The translations under genes were made by a program, and so were the position numbers. Shown here piece after piece: positions 1-12,550 of a stretch of DNA of 64,000 bases. Numbering within the stretch: position 1 is the stretch's first letter; each line of letters opens with the position of its first letter. The notes beneath the pieces were generated by a model. That model saw nothing but the letters and a program-made list of their open reading frames with translations, ran no database searches and was not told the origin of the DNA. Source of the DNA: Eledone cirrhosa. Its lineage: Eukaryota. The stretch spans positions 141,422,001 to 141,486,000 of the forward strand of contig OZ024740.1 in the NCBI GenBank assembly GCA_964016885.1, written 5' to 3'.

Positions 1-50
1 ATTTTAGCTTGGTTACTATGGCTAGATGTCCTTTCTAACACCAACCATAT

Positions 51-98
<48 letters not shown>

Positions 99-269
99 TG
101 GCTTTCCATTGGTTACAATGATGACTGTTGCACTTCATTCAACAGTACAGCTTGCTCATGAAATTAATGTGCAAGTGGTTGATCATTCCACAGACAGATC
201 TACCCTTAATGTAGTTCGCAGAGTCACACAGAATGTGACAAGGTTGTTAGTGAATACATGGATGGACTG

Positions 270-580
270 TGAAGGTGCAAGGTTTATTGGTTAGGGTGTT
301 CAGCACAAGATTGTAAGGTTGTGAGTTTGATTCCTTGCAACACGTTATGTCATTGAATAAGACAACTTATTTCATGTTGCTTTGGTTCACTTAATTGGAA
401 GAAATGAGTTGTACCTGTAATTCAAAGAGCCAGCCTTGTCACGCACTGTGTCAAGCTGAATCTTCTTGAGAATTACTTTAAGGATACACGTATCTATGGA
501 ATGCTCAGCCACTTGCACATTAAATTCATGAGTAGGCTGATCTAGTGATCAAGGAAAAGGAATGCTTGTTGTCAGAATCA
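270..580 (+). mobile_element. Degenerate tRNA-derived SINE with CORE-like body
   Basis: Eroded A/B-box head (tggttagggtg...gagtttgattc) and a body shared with 8848-9370. Confidence 0.6.
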
Positions 581-660
581 ACAGATATCTAAACTATATA
601 TATAGATATACATCTAAACTATATATTTAGATATACAATTAAGGTAGAAACAAATCAGTT

Positions 661-2987
661 AAAGAAAGCTGAGGAAAGAAAGTTCAAGCATGTTCTACAA
701 CGCGATGACCAAAAACGTGAGGTGTTCAGGATTGCTAGGCAATGCGTCAAGGAAAACCGTGATATTGTCGGGGAGAAGTGTGTACTAAACGACGATGGCA
801 CACTTGCCATCACCGACGCTGATAAGAAGGTAGCTTGGAAGTGTCACTATGAAAGGCTACTAAATGAGGAGAATAAATGGGAGAAAGACAGTCTCCCCCA
901 TATCGACCCAATAGAGGGACCAGCAGTGTTAGTTGAGGGGAGTATAATAAGTAAGGCAATCAAGGATATGAAGACAGGTAAGGCGGCTGGGCCTTCGGAA
1001 ATAGTTGCTGAGATGCTAAAGGCATCTGGCACGGTGGGACACACCATGGTCACCCGCATAGTTAACCAAGTCGTACAGAATGGGGTTGTTCCGAAGGACT
1101 GGCATAGCAGCATCATCGTTAACTGTTATAAGGGTAAAGGAGACGCCCTAGATAGGAGTAACTATAGAGGCATTAAATTAATCGACCAGGTCATGAAGGT
1201 CACGGAAAAAGTAATAGCGCAACTAATCAGAGAGAGAATTGACCTAGATGAAATGCAGTTCGGGTTTGTGTCAGGCAAAAGTACCACAGACGCTCTTTTC
1301 ATAGTACGACAACTACAGGAGAAGTACCTAGCTAAAGGTAAACCCCTCTACTTAGCTTTTGTCGACTTGGAGAAAGCCTTCGACAGAGTCCCCCGCTCCA
1401 TTATCTGGTGGGCTCTTAGAAAACTAGGCGTTGACGAATGGCTTGTGAGGGCTATACAAGCCATGTATAAAGAAACAGTCAGCAAGGTTAGAATTAACAA
1501 CAAATATAGTGAAGAGTTTAGCGTAAAAGTTGGCGTCCATCAGGGCTCTGTTCTCAGCCCACTACTATTTATTATTGCCCTTCAGGCTATAACAGAGGAG
1601 TTCAAGACAGGCTGCCCATGGGAACTCCTATACGCAGACGACCTGACACTCATAGCGGAATCAATGGCCGAGCTAGAGAAGAAATTCCAAACATGGAAGC
1701 ACGGCCTAGAGTCAAAAGGACTTAAAATTAACCTGGCTAAGACCAAAGTACTAGTTTGTAGGAAAGAAAACAAGGCGGCGGTCCCTTCTGGGAAATGGTC
1801 GTGCTCGGTGTGTAGGAAAGGCGTAGGTAGAAACTCCATTTTATGTCCTAAATGCAAAGTATGGGTGCATAAAAGATGTAGTGGGATCACAGGTAAGCTA
1901 ACTAAGAACATAGATTTTACATGTGGCCGGTGCTCTGGTGCAATAAGTAGCAGCAAGTGCCCACAAAATACTAGCTCTTTCAATTGCGCAGAGGGTTCTA
2001 TAGAAATAGTGGACAGCTTCCGTTACCTGGGCGATAAAATCAGCAGTGGGGGAGGGTGCTCTGAAAGTACTGTAGCTAGAGTCAGAACTGGTTGGAAAAA
2101 GTTCAGAGAGCTTATACCACTATTAGCTGCTAAAGGGTTCTCCCTAAAAATGAAAGGCAGGTTGTACGATGCCTGCATACGAACAGCAATGCTGCATGGC
2201 AGTGAGACCTGGGCATTGTGTGCAGAGGATATACGCAGACTAGAGAGGAACGAAGCTTGCATGCTCCGCTGGATGTGTAACAGTAATATACGTGAACGGC
2301 AAAGCATAAACGAACTAAGGAAAAAAATTAGAGATAAGAGGGATCAGATGTTGTTTACTCGAGAGAAGGCTACGTTGGTATGGACACGTGATGCGCATGA
2401 AAGTCGATAGCTGTATAACAAAGTGCAGGGCAATAAAGATAGACGGTAGTCACGGAATAGGCAGACCTAGAAAAACCTGGGACGAGCTGATAAACTCCGA
2501 CATCACACACTTACACCTCTCCAAGACAATGTCACTGGACCGAGACCTTTGGCGGTACTCAGTAACAGAGAAGACCCGCCTTACCTAAATATATAGTAAA
2601 ACCTACTCCAGCCAGTAGGCATCTCTAACAAAATACACCCCGTCCCACCACCACCACCACCACCCCATCCACACCACCCCGTTCTATGTAAAGTTATGTT
2701 GGTGCCGCGCCATCGAGGCCGAAACAAATGAGATCGTGTAGGTGTCACGACAAAAAAACACACAGTCCACGCTGTAATGTGGCCGTGTAGGCAACACGGT
2801 AAAAATCTCCCAGACCCACACTGTAAATGTGGTTGGTGTTAGGAAGGGCATCCAACTGTAGAAAACCTGCCAGACAGTCCTATGCGAGCAAGACAATCAC
2901 TCTTGCCTCAAGTGGGACTACCCCCGTCCAAACCCATGCAAGCGTGGAACACGGACGTTAAACGTTGATGATGATGATGATGATGAA
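661..2987 (+). mobile_element. RTE-clade LINE, subfamily A copy 1; 5'-truncated, RT with PHD finger, frameshift near 2325, (GAT)n tail
   Basis: ORF 722-2410 carries NYRGIKL, QFGF, FVDLEKAFD, GVHQGSVLSP, YADD and FRYLG. The C-terminus continues in ORF 2388-2588. There is one extra A in the A-run at 2321-2327 relative to copy 3. Confidence 0.95.
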
Positions 2988-3530
2988 GCATATTAATTTT
3001 ATATAGCAATGACCTTTACAGGACTAGAACTGTTTCATTCATTTAAAATCATCAGAATATACATAAAACCCAAACCCTTTTGAGATACATTTAGATTGAT
3101 GAAACCATTTGGCATGCACTCTTTCAGGGTCTGTGCATTGATTTGTGGGTTTATACTGAACAGCTGTTATCATGGACACTCCATTGCCTTCCTTTGACAA
3201 GAAAGAGTGGGTAATTTTCATATGCTTGGTGGTTATGGTAGAACAAGTTAAGTTGTGAATACATTTGAAAGGTTTGTGGATGAAGATTTTCTTCCTTTGT
3301 GTCTATATTATTTTGACCTGTACACAAGAGCAATGTTTAATAGATAACCCACCCTGTTTTGTGTTTATAAAAAAAATTTGGCTTCAGCCTTTGACCCTTA
3401 CATAAGCTAAGTCAAATGTGGATTTTCATGCTTGATTTTTCCAGTAAAAATAAAAGCCCCCACCCAAAAAAAGACTGCGACTTATCTATTTGGAGTATAT
3501 ATGGTAGATGAAAATATTAGTGATAAAAAC

Positions 3531-3673
3531 CTGAGATGTGGAAATTGTAAGCTCCATTCTTCACACTCATGGTACATGTCAGATGAGCCAGTGGGTCTCT
3601 GCTGTTCATAAAGTATTTCGTTGATTTCATTGAACAATACCTGAATTTTACCTGCCGCTTTTTTTTCCGATTC
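3531..3673 (-). CDS. FAM149B1: FAM149B1-like gene, DUF3719 exon (143 nt, phase 0/2): ESEKKAAGKIQVLFNEINEILYEQQRPTGSSDMYHECEEWSLQFPHL(R)
   Basis: Acceptor ctcttcctaatgtag|GAA and donor CTCAG|gttttt. The translation matches the FAM149 signature as recalled (VQxxFxxIDExLYEQ...ECxxWxxxFPHLR). This exon is absent from the ORF track. Confidence 0.88.
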
Positions 3674-3979
3674 CTACATTAGGAAGAGATCAAAATAACC
3701 ATAGAAAAAATTGAAGTACAAATAAATAAGAAAATAAAACAAACAAAATCAAGTCAGTTCAAATATTATCCTCTGCATCATCATCATCATAATTATTATT
3801 ATCATGGACAACATAGTTTTTATGCCCACTTTTTCATGCTGGCAAGGATTGACTGAGAACATTTTTGTGGCAGTTTTCTACAGCTGGATGGATGGCCTTC
3901 ATGATATCAGCCCTCACCTTATTTTTAAACAGAATTCACCTGCCAAATTGCTAAGCTGTGAGATATAAGCAAATGGCAA

Positions 3980-4200
3980 CACTTTTTTAACATTTACATT
4001 ACTCTATATATACTATAGTTTTTTCGTGGTAAAGGCTTTACTTGACATATCTCATAATATTGAATCTGTGAGATTTTGATATTATTTATTTTGAGAACAA
4101 TACCTTAACATCAGTATGAGTGGCTAGTTACAGCTGATTTGAACTGAAAGAGGTGAGAGAATTCTGGCTGGATACAGCCAGTTTAAATGCTAAAGGTTAA
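3980..4200. mobile_element. piggyBac-like MITE, degenerate copy
   Basis: Same family as 9044-9269 and 35914-36138; ends in aaatgctaaaggttaa. Confidence 0.7.
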
Positions 4201-4782
4201 ATGTTGTCAATGTGAAGACACACACATATATTTAATTGGAATGTACAAATGAGATGTAGTTCTCTGGCCCATTTAGGAGGGTATTAATTTGAATAAAAAC
4301 TGATTTGGGCCATAACAACATGTCCAATCTATGTCAGCAAGGAAAATAAATGTAAAATGATGATGATGAAATATATATTTGATGGGATTTTGCACAGTTT
4401 TCTTTGAGAAAATTTCACTCACAAAGTATATCAGCTTGAGACTATAATAGAAGACATTTGTCCAACATGCCACACTGTGGGACAAAATTGAAAACCACTT
4501 AACTGCACAACCGTGCCTGTGACAATATATTTTAAATAATATAACAAGAATTTTTAAGGCTCTAACATCCCCCAAAATATGCCTTACAGAAATTTTGTTA
4601 CTGTATGGTTTATTTTTTCTTTCACATAACTGTGGAACCAATACAAGTACCAGTCATTTATTGGTGTTGATTTGATAAATTTGTCTAAGGTGTCACACAA
4701 TGGGTTAGAATCCAAGATCATGTGGTTGCAAAGTCAAAGTGAACTTCTTAACCATATAGCAAAGCTTATGGCAAATCAAACA

Positions 4783-4825
<43 letters not shown>

Positions 4826-4847
4826 AAATATTAAAATGTATAGTTAC

Positions 4848-4980
4848 ATCATTGCCCCAGAATGGATCATCAACACTGCTTCTGTCTGTTGTATTGCCAG
4901 TTAAGGTGCGTGAGAAATTGCGAGACCCTTCTTTCAAGGATACATTACAGAGACTAGGACTGGATTTCACTGACTGGCAC
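4848..4980 (-). CDS. FAM149B1: FAM149B1-like gene, internal coding exon (133 nt, phase 2/0): (R)CQSVKSSPSLCNVSLKEGSRNFSRTLTGNTTDRSSVDDPFWGND
   Basis: Acceptor ttccatctaacag|G and donor GAT|gtaact. The Ser/Thr-rich peptide ends in a WG motif, as in the FAM149 segment just before DUF3719. Phases join both neighbouring exons without stops. Confidence 0.8.
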
Positions 4981-5059
4981 CTGTTAGATGGAATAGTGAG
5001 AGGGAAGAAATAAAAAAAATATGAATGGCATTCATTTTACTGCTTACTAAAACTGGTAA

Positions 5060-5460
5060 TAAAATTTTCTATCTGTCTTTTTATCAAATACATACTAACT
5101 ATAATATAGACAAAAGCAGTATTAAAAGCCCCATGAAACAAAACACAAAATGTATTATACTAAATCATAAACTAGCACTGGTGATGTACTGCAGAAATGG
5201 TAAAATTGAAAGCTGCATCCATAAGCACGTAAACCTGGGAGTGGGCTACCAACGACCAATCTGATTTATAAATTTGATTGCAAATGTAAAGGTTGTAAGC
5301 TTCATGGCTCTCTTATATTTGAACATACAATCATGACACTTGCCCCATTTGATTACCATACACTTACAAGGAGTAATTTCACAACATAAAACTATATAGG
5401 AAAATATTAGTGGACAGAATATTTATACTGTAAAAAATTCCCCAGAAAAGTAGATGATTA
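5060..5460 (+). pseudogene. Penelope-like element GIY-YIG remnant (NLIYKFDCKCKGC...)
   Basis: Frameshifted NxIYKFxC...YI motif. Homologous to 47876-48280 (inverted) and 49440-49650 (VIYKFDCENVSCKLH). Confidence 0.55.
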
Positions 5461-5661
5461 ATAATGGAAATGATACTGAGTGCTTCTTAAACATTTTTTA
5501 TCCATGCCTCATCATGACACTTTAAAATATTTGATGTCCCTGTTGATATATAAGCATTATTTGTTTTTAAAAATACGTAATGTAAAATTTAGAAAACCTG
5601 CCCCCTAAAAGATTCAAATTACTCGTCTGTGGGTTGTGCAAGCCATATTCAAAATCACTGC

Positions 5662-5918
5662 TTTAACCCATCCATCACCATATTTTTAATGAAAGACACT
5701 GTTTCATGATTGTTAATTAATTTTGAAAAAAAAATCAAGAATTTGGAAGGATTTAGTAAAAAACTAATTTTCTCATTAGTGAGCTGGTGTTTGGAATATA
5801 ACTCAACAAAGGTTCTTACATAAAATTAAGATGGAAGGTTTTTAGATAAATATAAACACTATAAGAAAGTTTTGTATCAGGGGCAATTTCAGGAGGCTTG
5901 GTATAAAAGAAAAGATTA
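5662..5918. mobile_element. TTAA-flanked MITE, second piggyBac-like family
   Basis: Begins ttaaccc and ends gattaa. Related copies lie at about 16468-16930, 39790-40275 and 45075-46440. Confidence 0.55.
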
Positions 5919-6593
5919 AATAATTACTTAATATTTCTATTGTTAACAAAATGAATAAAACAAAAATCCAACACTGCCAGTTTGTTGGAGACAGGGTCTT
6001 TGGATTATTGTTTTAAGTTATTAATTAGTGTATAAATTATAAAAAAATTATATACATATTATTATAGGTTTCCATCTATAATAATAGGTACTATGGTATA
6101 GATTTAAAAAAAGAATGTAGACAAATATATAATCAAAAAATAAATGAACAAAAAACTGGGGACTTACATATATATACAAAATATAGAAAATAGTACAACT
6201 AGATACAGTATACATATACACAGTGTACCCCACGGCTTACACATATACACAACATACAAAACATAGTCCTGCTATGCACTGCATATATTATGTAGAATAC
6301 TATAAGATTTACACATATTCACAACTTATAGAAAATAGTAATTAGTACACATTAAGTAGAGTAGCACAAAACTTTCACATACACACAACATACTGAACAT
6401 AATACTACAAGGCATTGTGCATATGTAAAGTACATCATGGCTTATACATACACAATATCTAGAAAACAACACTACTAGGCACTGAACACATATTATTACA
6501 ACCAGGCATTACACATACCGAAGGCACTCATAGCTATACTCGGTTGGGCAGTGAAAGCACACAATGAAAATATGACAACTGAAATCTTAAGAA

Positions 6594-6778
6594 CTGTTTC
6601 TACTTTTGGCACAAGGCCAGCAATTACCCAGTGCATTACTGGTACTTTATTTTATCGACCCCGTAAGGATGATAGGCAAAGTAAACCTCAGCGGGATTTG
6701 AACTCAGAATGGCAAGGACCGTAACTCTATGCGTGAAAGCATGGCGTCCGACCCTCTACCAATACTGCCAATCCACCG
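6594..6778 (-). mobile_element. tRNA-derived SINE with a Meta/Sauria-like central motif
   Basis: Reverse complement of 8010-8195: head tggattggcagt..ggtagag, B box gagttcaaatcc, core gcct.tcatcct...ggggtcgataaaataaagtaccag. Confidence 0.8.
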
Positions 6779-7269
6779 TCTTAATAATGATTCAGACACA
6801 AAGTTGAAACCTGCACCTTTGGGTAGACAGAAACATGTGATAAGGGCAGTGCTACAAACAGGGCTGACAATATTAAGACTATCAAGGAAGCTGCTTAGGG
6901 TGCAGACCTTAGAGAAGTGCATTACTGCACCTTAAAGGATCATAGTTTTATACAATATAATAATATCCTGTAATCAATTAATAAATCGCTAAACATCTTT
7001 GCCTCATAGCAGTGTTGTGGAAATATCCAAAATGGTGAAGAGGGTTGTCTGGTATTATGACCTGTAACCTAATTTGTCATGCCTGAGTGTGGACTGTGTG
7101 GTGGAAAATGCAAGATTAGTAATTTTCTTAGTGTGGCCAGAGTAAGAAGTGTAAAAAACTGGGTTTGATAGCTTACCAAACTGTAAGTTGAAATTATTTT
7201 ATTTTGGAGAATGGGTGCAGAATTGGGAGAAGAGGTTGGGCATTGTAGAGCAAGCTATGGGCACTAAAA

Positions 7270-7500
7270 TTATTAGCTGCCGAGACACTGTATCATTTAA
7301 AACCTCCATGCTTGCTGAGATTCACCAACACTACACCTGATATTCCCCCTCCATACACACGCACACATGTGTATCATGACTCATACACTATTCACTTCCC
7401 TGACATTTGTATATTATTCTATGTACTATACATGCACCTTTGACAAGTTGTAGTGCACCTGAGCATTGCACACAATAATTTCATTATTATTATTATTATT
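7270..7500 (+). mobile_element. CR1-type LINE 3' end fragment with (ATT)n tail
   Basis: Matches 54290-54513. Confidence 0.8.
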
Positions 7501-7548
7501 AAATAACCAGATGCTGGCTCTCATTATAGGAGAGAAGAGGTAAGTTAC

Positions 7549-7641
7549 CTTGATATTTCTTCGAAATTTGGAGTCAGCTCTAGGTCCTCCTGCTGGTCTG
7601 GTGGTGGGTGTTTTTCTAGCAGTGACCGAGATAAACCTTGT
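7549..7641 (-). CDS. FAM149B1: FAM149B1-like gene, internal coding exon (93 nt, phase 2/2): QGLSRSLLEKHPPPDQQEDLELTPNFEEIS
   Basis: On the minus strand there is a long polypyrimidine tract, then ttttcaag|ACAAGG at the acceptor and TCAAG|gtaact at the donor. The peptide resembles the FAM149B1 N-terminus (recalled as KGITKHALNHHPPPEKLE) and splices in frame to the next two exons. Confidence 0.8.
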
Positions 7642-7764
7642 CTTGAAAAGAAAAAAGAAAAAAAAACATAAATAAGAATAAATTCAATAGTAATTAATTT
7701 AAGTGTGAGAATGTGTGTGTGTGTGTGTGTGTACATGCATGTGCATGTATTTTATTATCTAAAA

Positions 7765-8198
7765 GTCTTGGCAGAGTCAAGAGCATTGGAAAAGTGCTTA
7801 GCAGTATTTGCTCCAACTCATATGTTCTGAGTTCCAATCCTGCCGAAGTCAGCTTTGCCTTCAAGGTTGATAAAGAAATGGGGTCGGCATAATTGACTTT
7901 CATATCCCAATCCCACAAAATCTTTGCCTTGCGCCCAAATTAGAACTCATTATTATCGTGGCACTGGGTAATTGCTGGCCTTGTGCCAAAAGTAGAAACA
8001 ATTATTATCGTGGATTGGCAGTATCGGTAGAGGGTCGGACGCCATGCTTTGACGCATAGAGTTACGGCCCTTGCCATTCTGAGTTCAAATCCCGTCGAGG
8101 TTAACTTTGCCTTTCATCCTAACGGGGGTCGATAAAATAAAGTACCAGTAATACACTGGGATAATTGGTGACCTTGTGCCTATTGTAGAAACAATTAT
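7765..8198 (+). mobile_element. Cluster of same-family SINEs: old copy about 7765-7950, tail fragment 7960-8005, younger copy 8010-8195
   Basis: Repeated head, core and ttgtgcc...tagaaaca tail motifs. Confidence 0.75.
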
Positions 8199-8563
8199 TA
8201 TCTAAAAGCCTAAATAAAGAAATTAACAAAAAATATCAAGTAAAAAAAAACAAAAAAATAATACATTTAATTTACCCTTTAACCACCAGAACATCTTGAA
8301 GGCCCAAACACTTGGTGAAAGATCTTAGGCAAGGTATGGTCATTAATATTGAAGATGTGTGTCAGCAAAATAAGGATGAAAGGGGCTATAGGTAGGAAGT
8401 TAAAAACAAAATAACTGGAAGCTGGAAGGACAGGATGTGTCCACACAAATCAACAAGCTGGGTTGCTAGATTAAGCTATGAATAACAGATTACCCTACAT
8501 TTCAGGATTGAACACTACTAATTTAGGGATCTTCGCTTCTCTGCATAATTACTACTTTAAAAA

Positions 8564-8595
<32 letters not shown>

Positions 8596-8609
8596 GTAAT
8601 AATATTTTA

Positions 8610-8658
<49 letters not shown>

Positions 8659-8847
8659 TAAAGTTAGTCCTTCATCAGTGATCTTCCAACCATCATTGGT
8701 ATTTCATCGCTTTAAAGACCATATACCTCCGGTTGGTGCGAGCAACGGCTAAAAAAAGTCGTTGGGACATGTAAATAAAGGGGACACGAGAGTGTAAACA
8801 AACAAAGATGGTGAAGCAATGAAATATATATATATATATATATATAT

Positions 8848-9370
8848 AGTGAAGGAGTGTGGCTTAGTCTTTAGGGTGCTATAGTTATGATATAAGGTCG
8901 GTTTTGGTGATGTACTGTGTGTGTCCTTGAGCAAGACAATTTAATTCATATTGCTCCAGTCTACCTAGATAGAAAAAAATGATTTGTACCTTTATTTCAA
9001 AGGGTTTAGTCTCAGTCTATGCTGAAACTCCCTGAGAACTACATTAACCCTTTAACATTTAAACCTGTCGTATCCGGCGGCCAGAATTCTCACACCTCTT
9101 TCAGTTCAAACCGGCCATAACTGGCCACTCATACTGCTGTTAAGGTATTGTTCTCAAAATAAATAATATCAAAATCTCATAGATTCGATATTGTGTGAGA
9201 TATTATGTAAGATAAAGCCTGTGAAAATACAATAGTATATATAAAATAATGTAAATGCTAAAAGATTAAAGGTACACGTGTCTGTAGAATGCTCAACCAC
9301 TTGCACATTAATTTCATGGCCAGGCTGTTCCGTTGGTTGAACAACTGGAACACATGTTGTCAGAACCAAC
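8848..9370 (+). mobile_element. CORE-like tRNA SINE interrupted by a MITE
   Basis: Head gtggcttagt and CORE-like gtgtccttgagcaagaca. The body resumes after 9269 in register with the copy at 470-580. Confidence 0.7.
9044..9269. mobile_element. piggyBac-like MITE with TTAA target duplication
   Basis: TTAA-ccctttaacattt ... aaatgctaaaaga-TTAA, inserted at the TTAA of the host SINE. Confidence 0.8.
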
Positions 9371-9842
9371 AATATATATATATATGACGCAAAAATAAAA
9401 ATAAATAAAAATATAGTTACCACCCAGCCTACTAATTACTATTTATATAAAGAAATAACAAAAATGTAAAGTTCAAGTTCAGGAAAGTTAAAGAATATAA
9501 ATGAGAAAAATCTTGTTAAGTATCAGTCAGAAAAGATAAAATTAGGGTAAAATCCAGGAAAGGATCAGGATAGGATAAGTCCAGTTCAGTGAAGGTCCAA
9601 GAAGAATCTTAGCGAAATCCAGGAGAATTAAGTGTAATATCCAAACATGATATAAGAAAATGTAAATTTTGATCTTCGTATATCCATGCAGTCATGAATA
9701 ATAACAGTATCAGAAATAGTGATCTCCGTGTGTGCATGCATGTGCGTGTCTATGTGTATTTGATGATAGATGGAAGAGAAGGTTTAAAGTAAAATCATGT
9801 AATCTGTATAATTCTACAAACTTAATGGAATGTTGGATAGAT

Positions 9843-9894
<52 letters not shown>

Positions 9895-10637
9895 GCAGAG
9901 AAATATAGATAGACTGGTAGGTATATTTATACAGATAGATAGATAGATAGATAAGTTGACAGATAAATAGCTGGATAGGTAATCAAAATGCAGTTGTGTG
10001 TATGTGTTTATGGTGAGTATGAACATCCAATTCCCCAGTATCAGTTTAGCTCAGATATGCATTTGTTTGGTCTGGTCTGGTCTAATCCATTAGTTTGGTG
10101 GGTTTTGTCTAGCCGGGTTTTCTAGTTCAGCCCAGACATGTCTGGTCAACATACTCTCCTCAATAATCACTGGTTCTGTCAGTGGTACCCTGACCACTAC
10201 TAGCATTACATACTTACACAAATACATACATATATATCCAATTACATGCATTCACATGTTTCTTCCTTATGCTGAGACATAAATGAAAATTCAGAAGTAA
10301 AATATGCTAAAACAAACACAAAAACCTGAATATAGGTTTTATCCCTTCAACTGCCCCCCTCTAAATGTGTATTGAGTACCCTTCATTACATAAAGATGAG
10401 CACTTTATCTAAACTGGGTAATATTCAGTGTATATAAGTGAGTGAATGGGGGAGGATGCTACTATGTGTGTGCTGGATTAAAGTGACTGTATACACTGTA
10501 TGTGTAAATATATAAATCAAAGTATAAAGCATTGGGTACACATGTGTGATTACATGTGTATGCAAGTGTCTGTGTGTTGGAGTAATGTGACTATATACAC
10601 TAGGTATGTATGGATGCATGTATGTAGTATGTGTATA

Positions 10638-10669
<32 letters not shown>

Positions 10670-11331
10670 CACACATATATATGAATGAATGAATGACAGT
10701 GTATAATGTGTGATTTTATGATTGCCTATGTGTGCATATGCATGTACTGAAGTGAGTAATTTCAAATGTATGTGTGAGTTGAAGTATCTCTATATGTTGA
10801 AATGACTATGTATATATGTGTATATGTACCTGTGTATTTGTGTGATATAGACAACATCATTAAACATATCAGATTCGTCACAATGATAAAAAGCTGATAT
10901 ATCACAAAAACAAAAGAAAGAAAAGAGATATCCCTTCCCCACCATACCCACAAAAGGGTATTTGTTTCTTATTTATTTATTTATATATTCAACTATTTGG
11001 TTTTTGATTTAAGCATGGAAAATCCATCAACATTATATATTAGCCATTACCATGGCCAACAATCATTATTGGGTGGGGTGAATCATATACCAGGCATCCT
11101 CATGATTGGCATTACATCATAAGTATCAGCAGCACTATCAACATATTATACCAGCCTTTATCATTAGCAACATTATCATCATCATCATCATCACCATGAA
11201 CATAATATATCAGCTATTATCTGTGGGTGGTGGTACAATCCAGTAAATCAAAGCAGTGCTCCAGCATGGCTGCAGCGTAATGACTAAAACCAATACCAAA
11301 ATAAAAGAACGTATGTGTGTATCTTTTTCTG

Positions 11332-11473
11332 CACCACCACCACCACCACCACCACCTCCACCTCCACCACCACCACCTCCATCACCACCACCACCACCTC
11401 CACCACCACCTCCACCTCCACCACCACCACCTCCATCACCACCACCACCACCTCCACCACCACCTCCATCACC
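11332..11473. repeat. Compound (CCA/CCT/TCA)n trinucleotide repeat
   Basis: Directly visible; accounts for the poly-Pro/Gly/His/Thr ORFs. Confidence 0.95.
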
Positions 11474-11790
11474 ATGTCCAATTTGGACAGTTTGCTTATA
11501 GCAATTCAATCCTAGGTGGAAAAAAAATCAATTGAAGTCTCTTTCCTCTGCTCTCACACTAGTCCTCACCTCTGATAACAACAACATCAACAACATCAAC
11601 AATGACATCATCATCAGCATCACCAACAGCATTAAAGTGCTTGTAGTGGAAAAACTGTTGTGGCAAGTGTAAGGAGTGTGTGTGTGTGAGAGAGAGAGAG
11701 GGAGGGAGTTAGGGTATTGGGGAAAGCAGTGATTGAAACTAGCAGGTAAAGAAGTGGGTGGATAATTGTTGTAGTAAGGTGCTATATACA

Positions 11791-11865
<75 letters not shown>

Positions 11866-12261
11866 AAAATGGACGTAAAACGAAGATGATGATGATGATA
11901 TATATATATATATTTGTGTGTGTGTGTGTGTGTGTGTCCATATGATGTATGTATATATGTGTGTATATGAAGAGTTAAGCAGGGTAGCAAGCTGTTTAGT
12001 AGATAATCAACACATGGTAATTTCCAGTGAGACTTGATGGATGGTCATGTGATTAGATGCATACACACACAATGTCCCTATGGAGACGTTTTCATTGGAA
12101 AGATCCCCTCTCCATAAGAAACCCTTAAAAAACAACCAGATTTAAACAGATGAGAAAAGACAGGTATTATTCATAATGCTGACTAGACTGAAGGCTAATC
12201 CACTCCACCCTCAGTACTTGAAAGCCTGGTCATGGGTTAATACAGGCCTGGGGGTGGGGTG

Positions 12262-12550
12262 AAACATTTTTTCATGTTCAGAGTTGCTGAAGCATGGAAC
12301 AAACTACCTGCATCAGTTGTTAACTGTCAGGACACTGCATCCTTCAAAACTTCCATGCTCCCTGAAATTAGCCAACACTACACCTGATATTCCCTCTCCT
12401 TACACATGCATGCATGTGTGTATCTGTGTGTATATCATGACTCATACACTGTTCACTTTCCCCGACATTTGTACATTATTCTATGTACTATACATGCACC
12501 TATGATGAGTTGTAGTGCACCTGAGCACTGTACACAATTTTCATTATTTT
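12262..12550 (+). mobile_element. CR1-type LINE 3' fragment
   Basis: Matches 54238-54500 (KHFF.RVAEAWNKLPASVV and the 3' UTR). Confidence 0.85.

Noticed and set aside
847-2307. Antisense ORFs overlapping RTE, CR1 and Tx1 coding regions
   Set aside because: They are shadow frames of the retroelement ORFs with no independent motifs.
3039-3333. Possible next FAM149 exon (acceptor at 3318-3319; one frame contains LVKGRQ)
   Set aside because: The required phase gives an immediate stop (RSK*), and the open frame is phase-incompatible with the PHLR exon.
11210-11535. Poly-Pro, poly-Gly, poly-His and poly-Thr ORFs (formin- or extensin-like)
   Set aside because: All are translations of one CCA-type microsatellite, with no splice signals or flanking domain.
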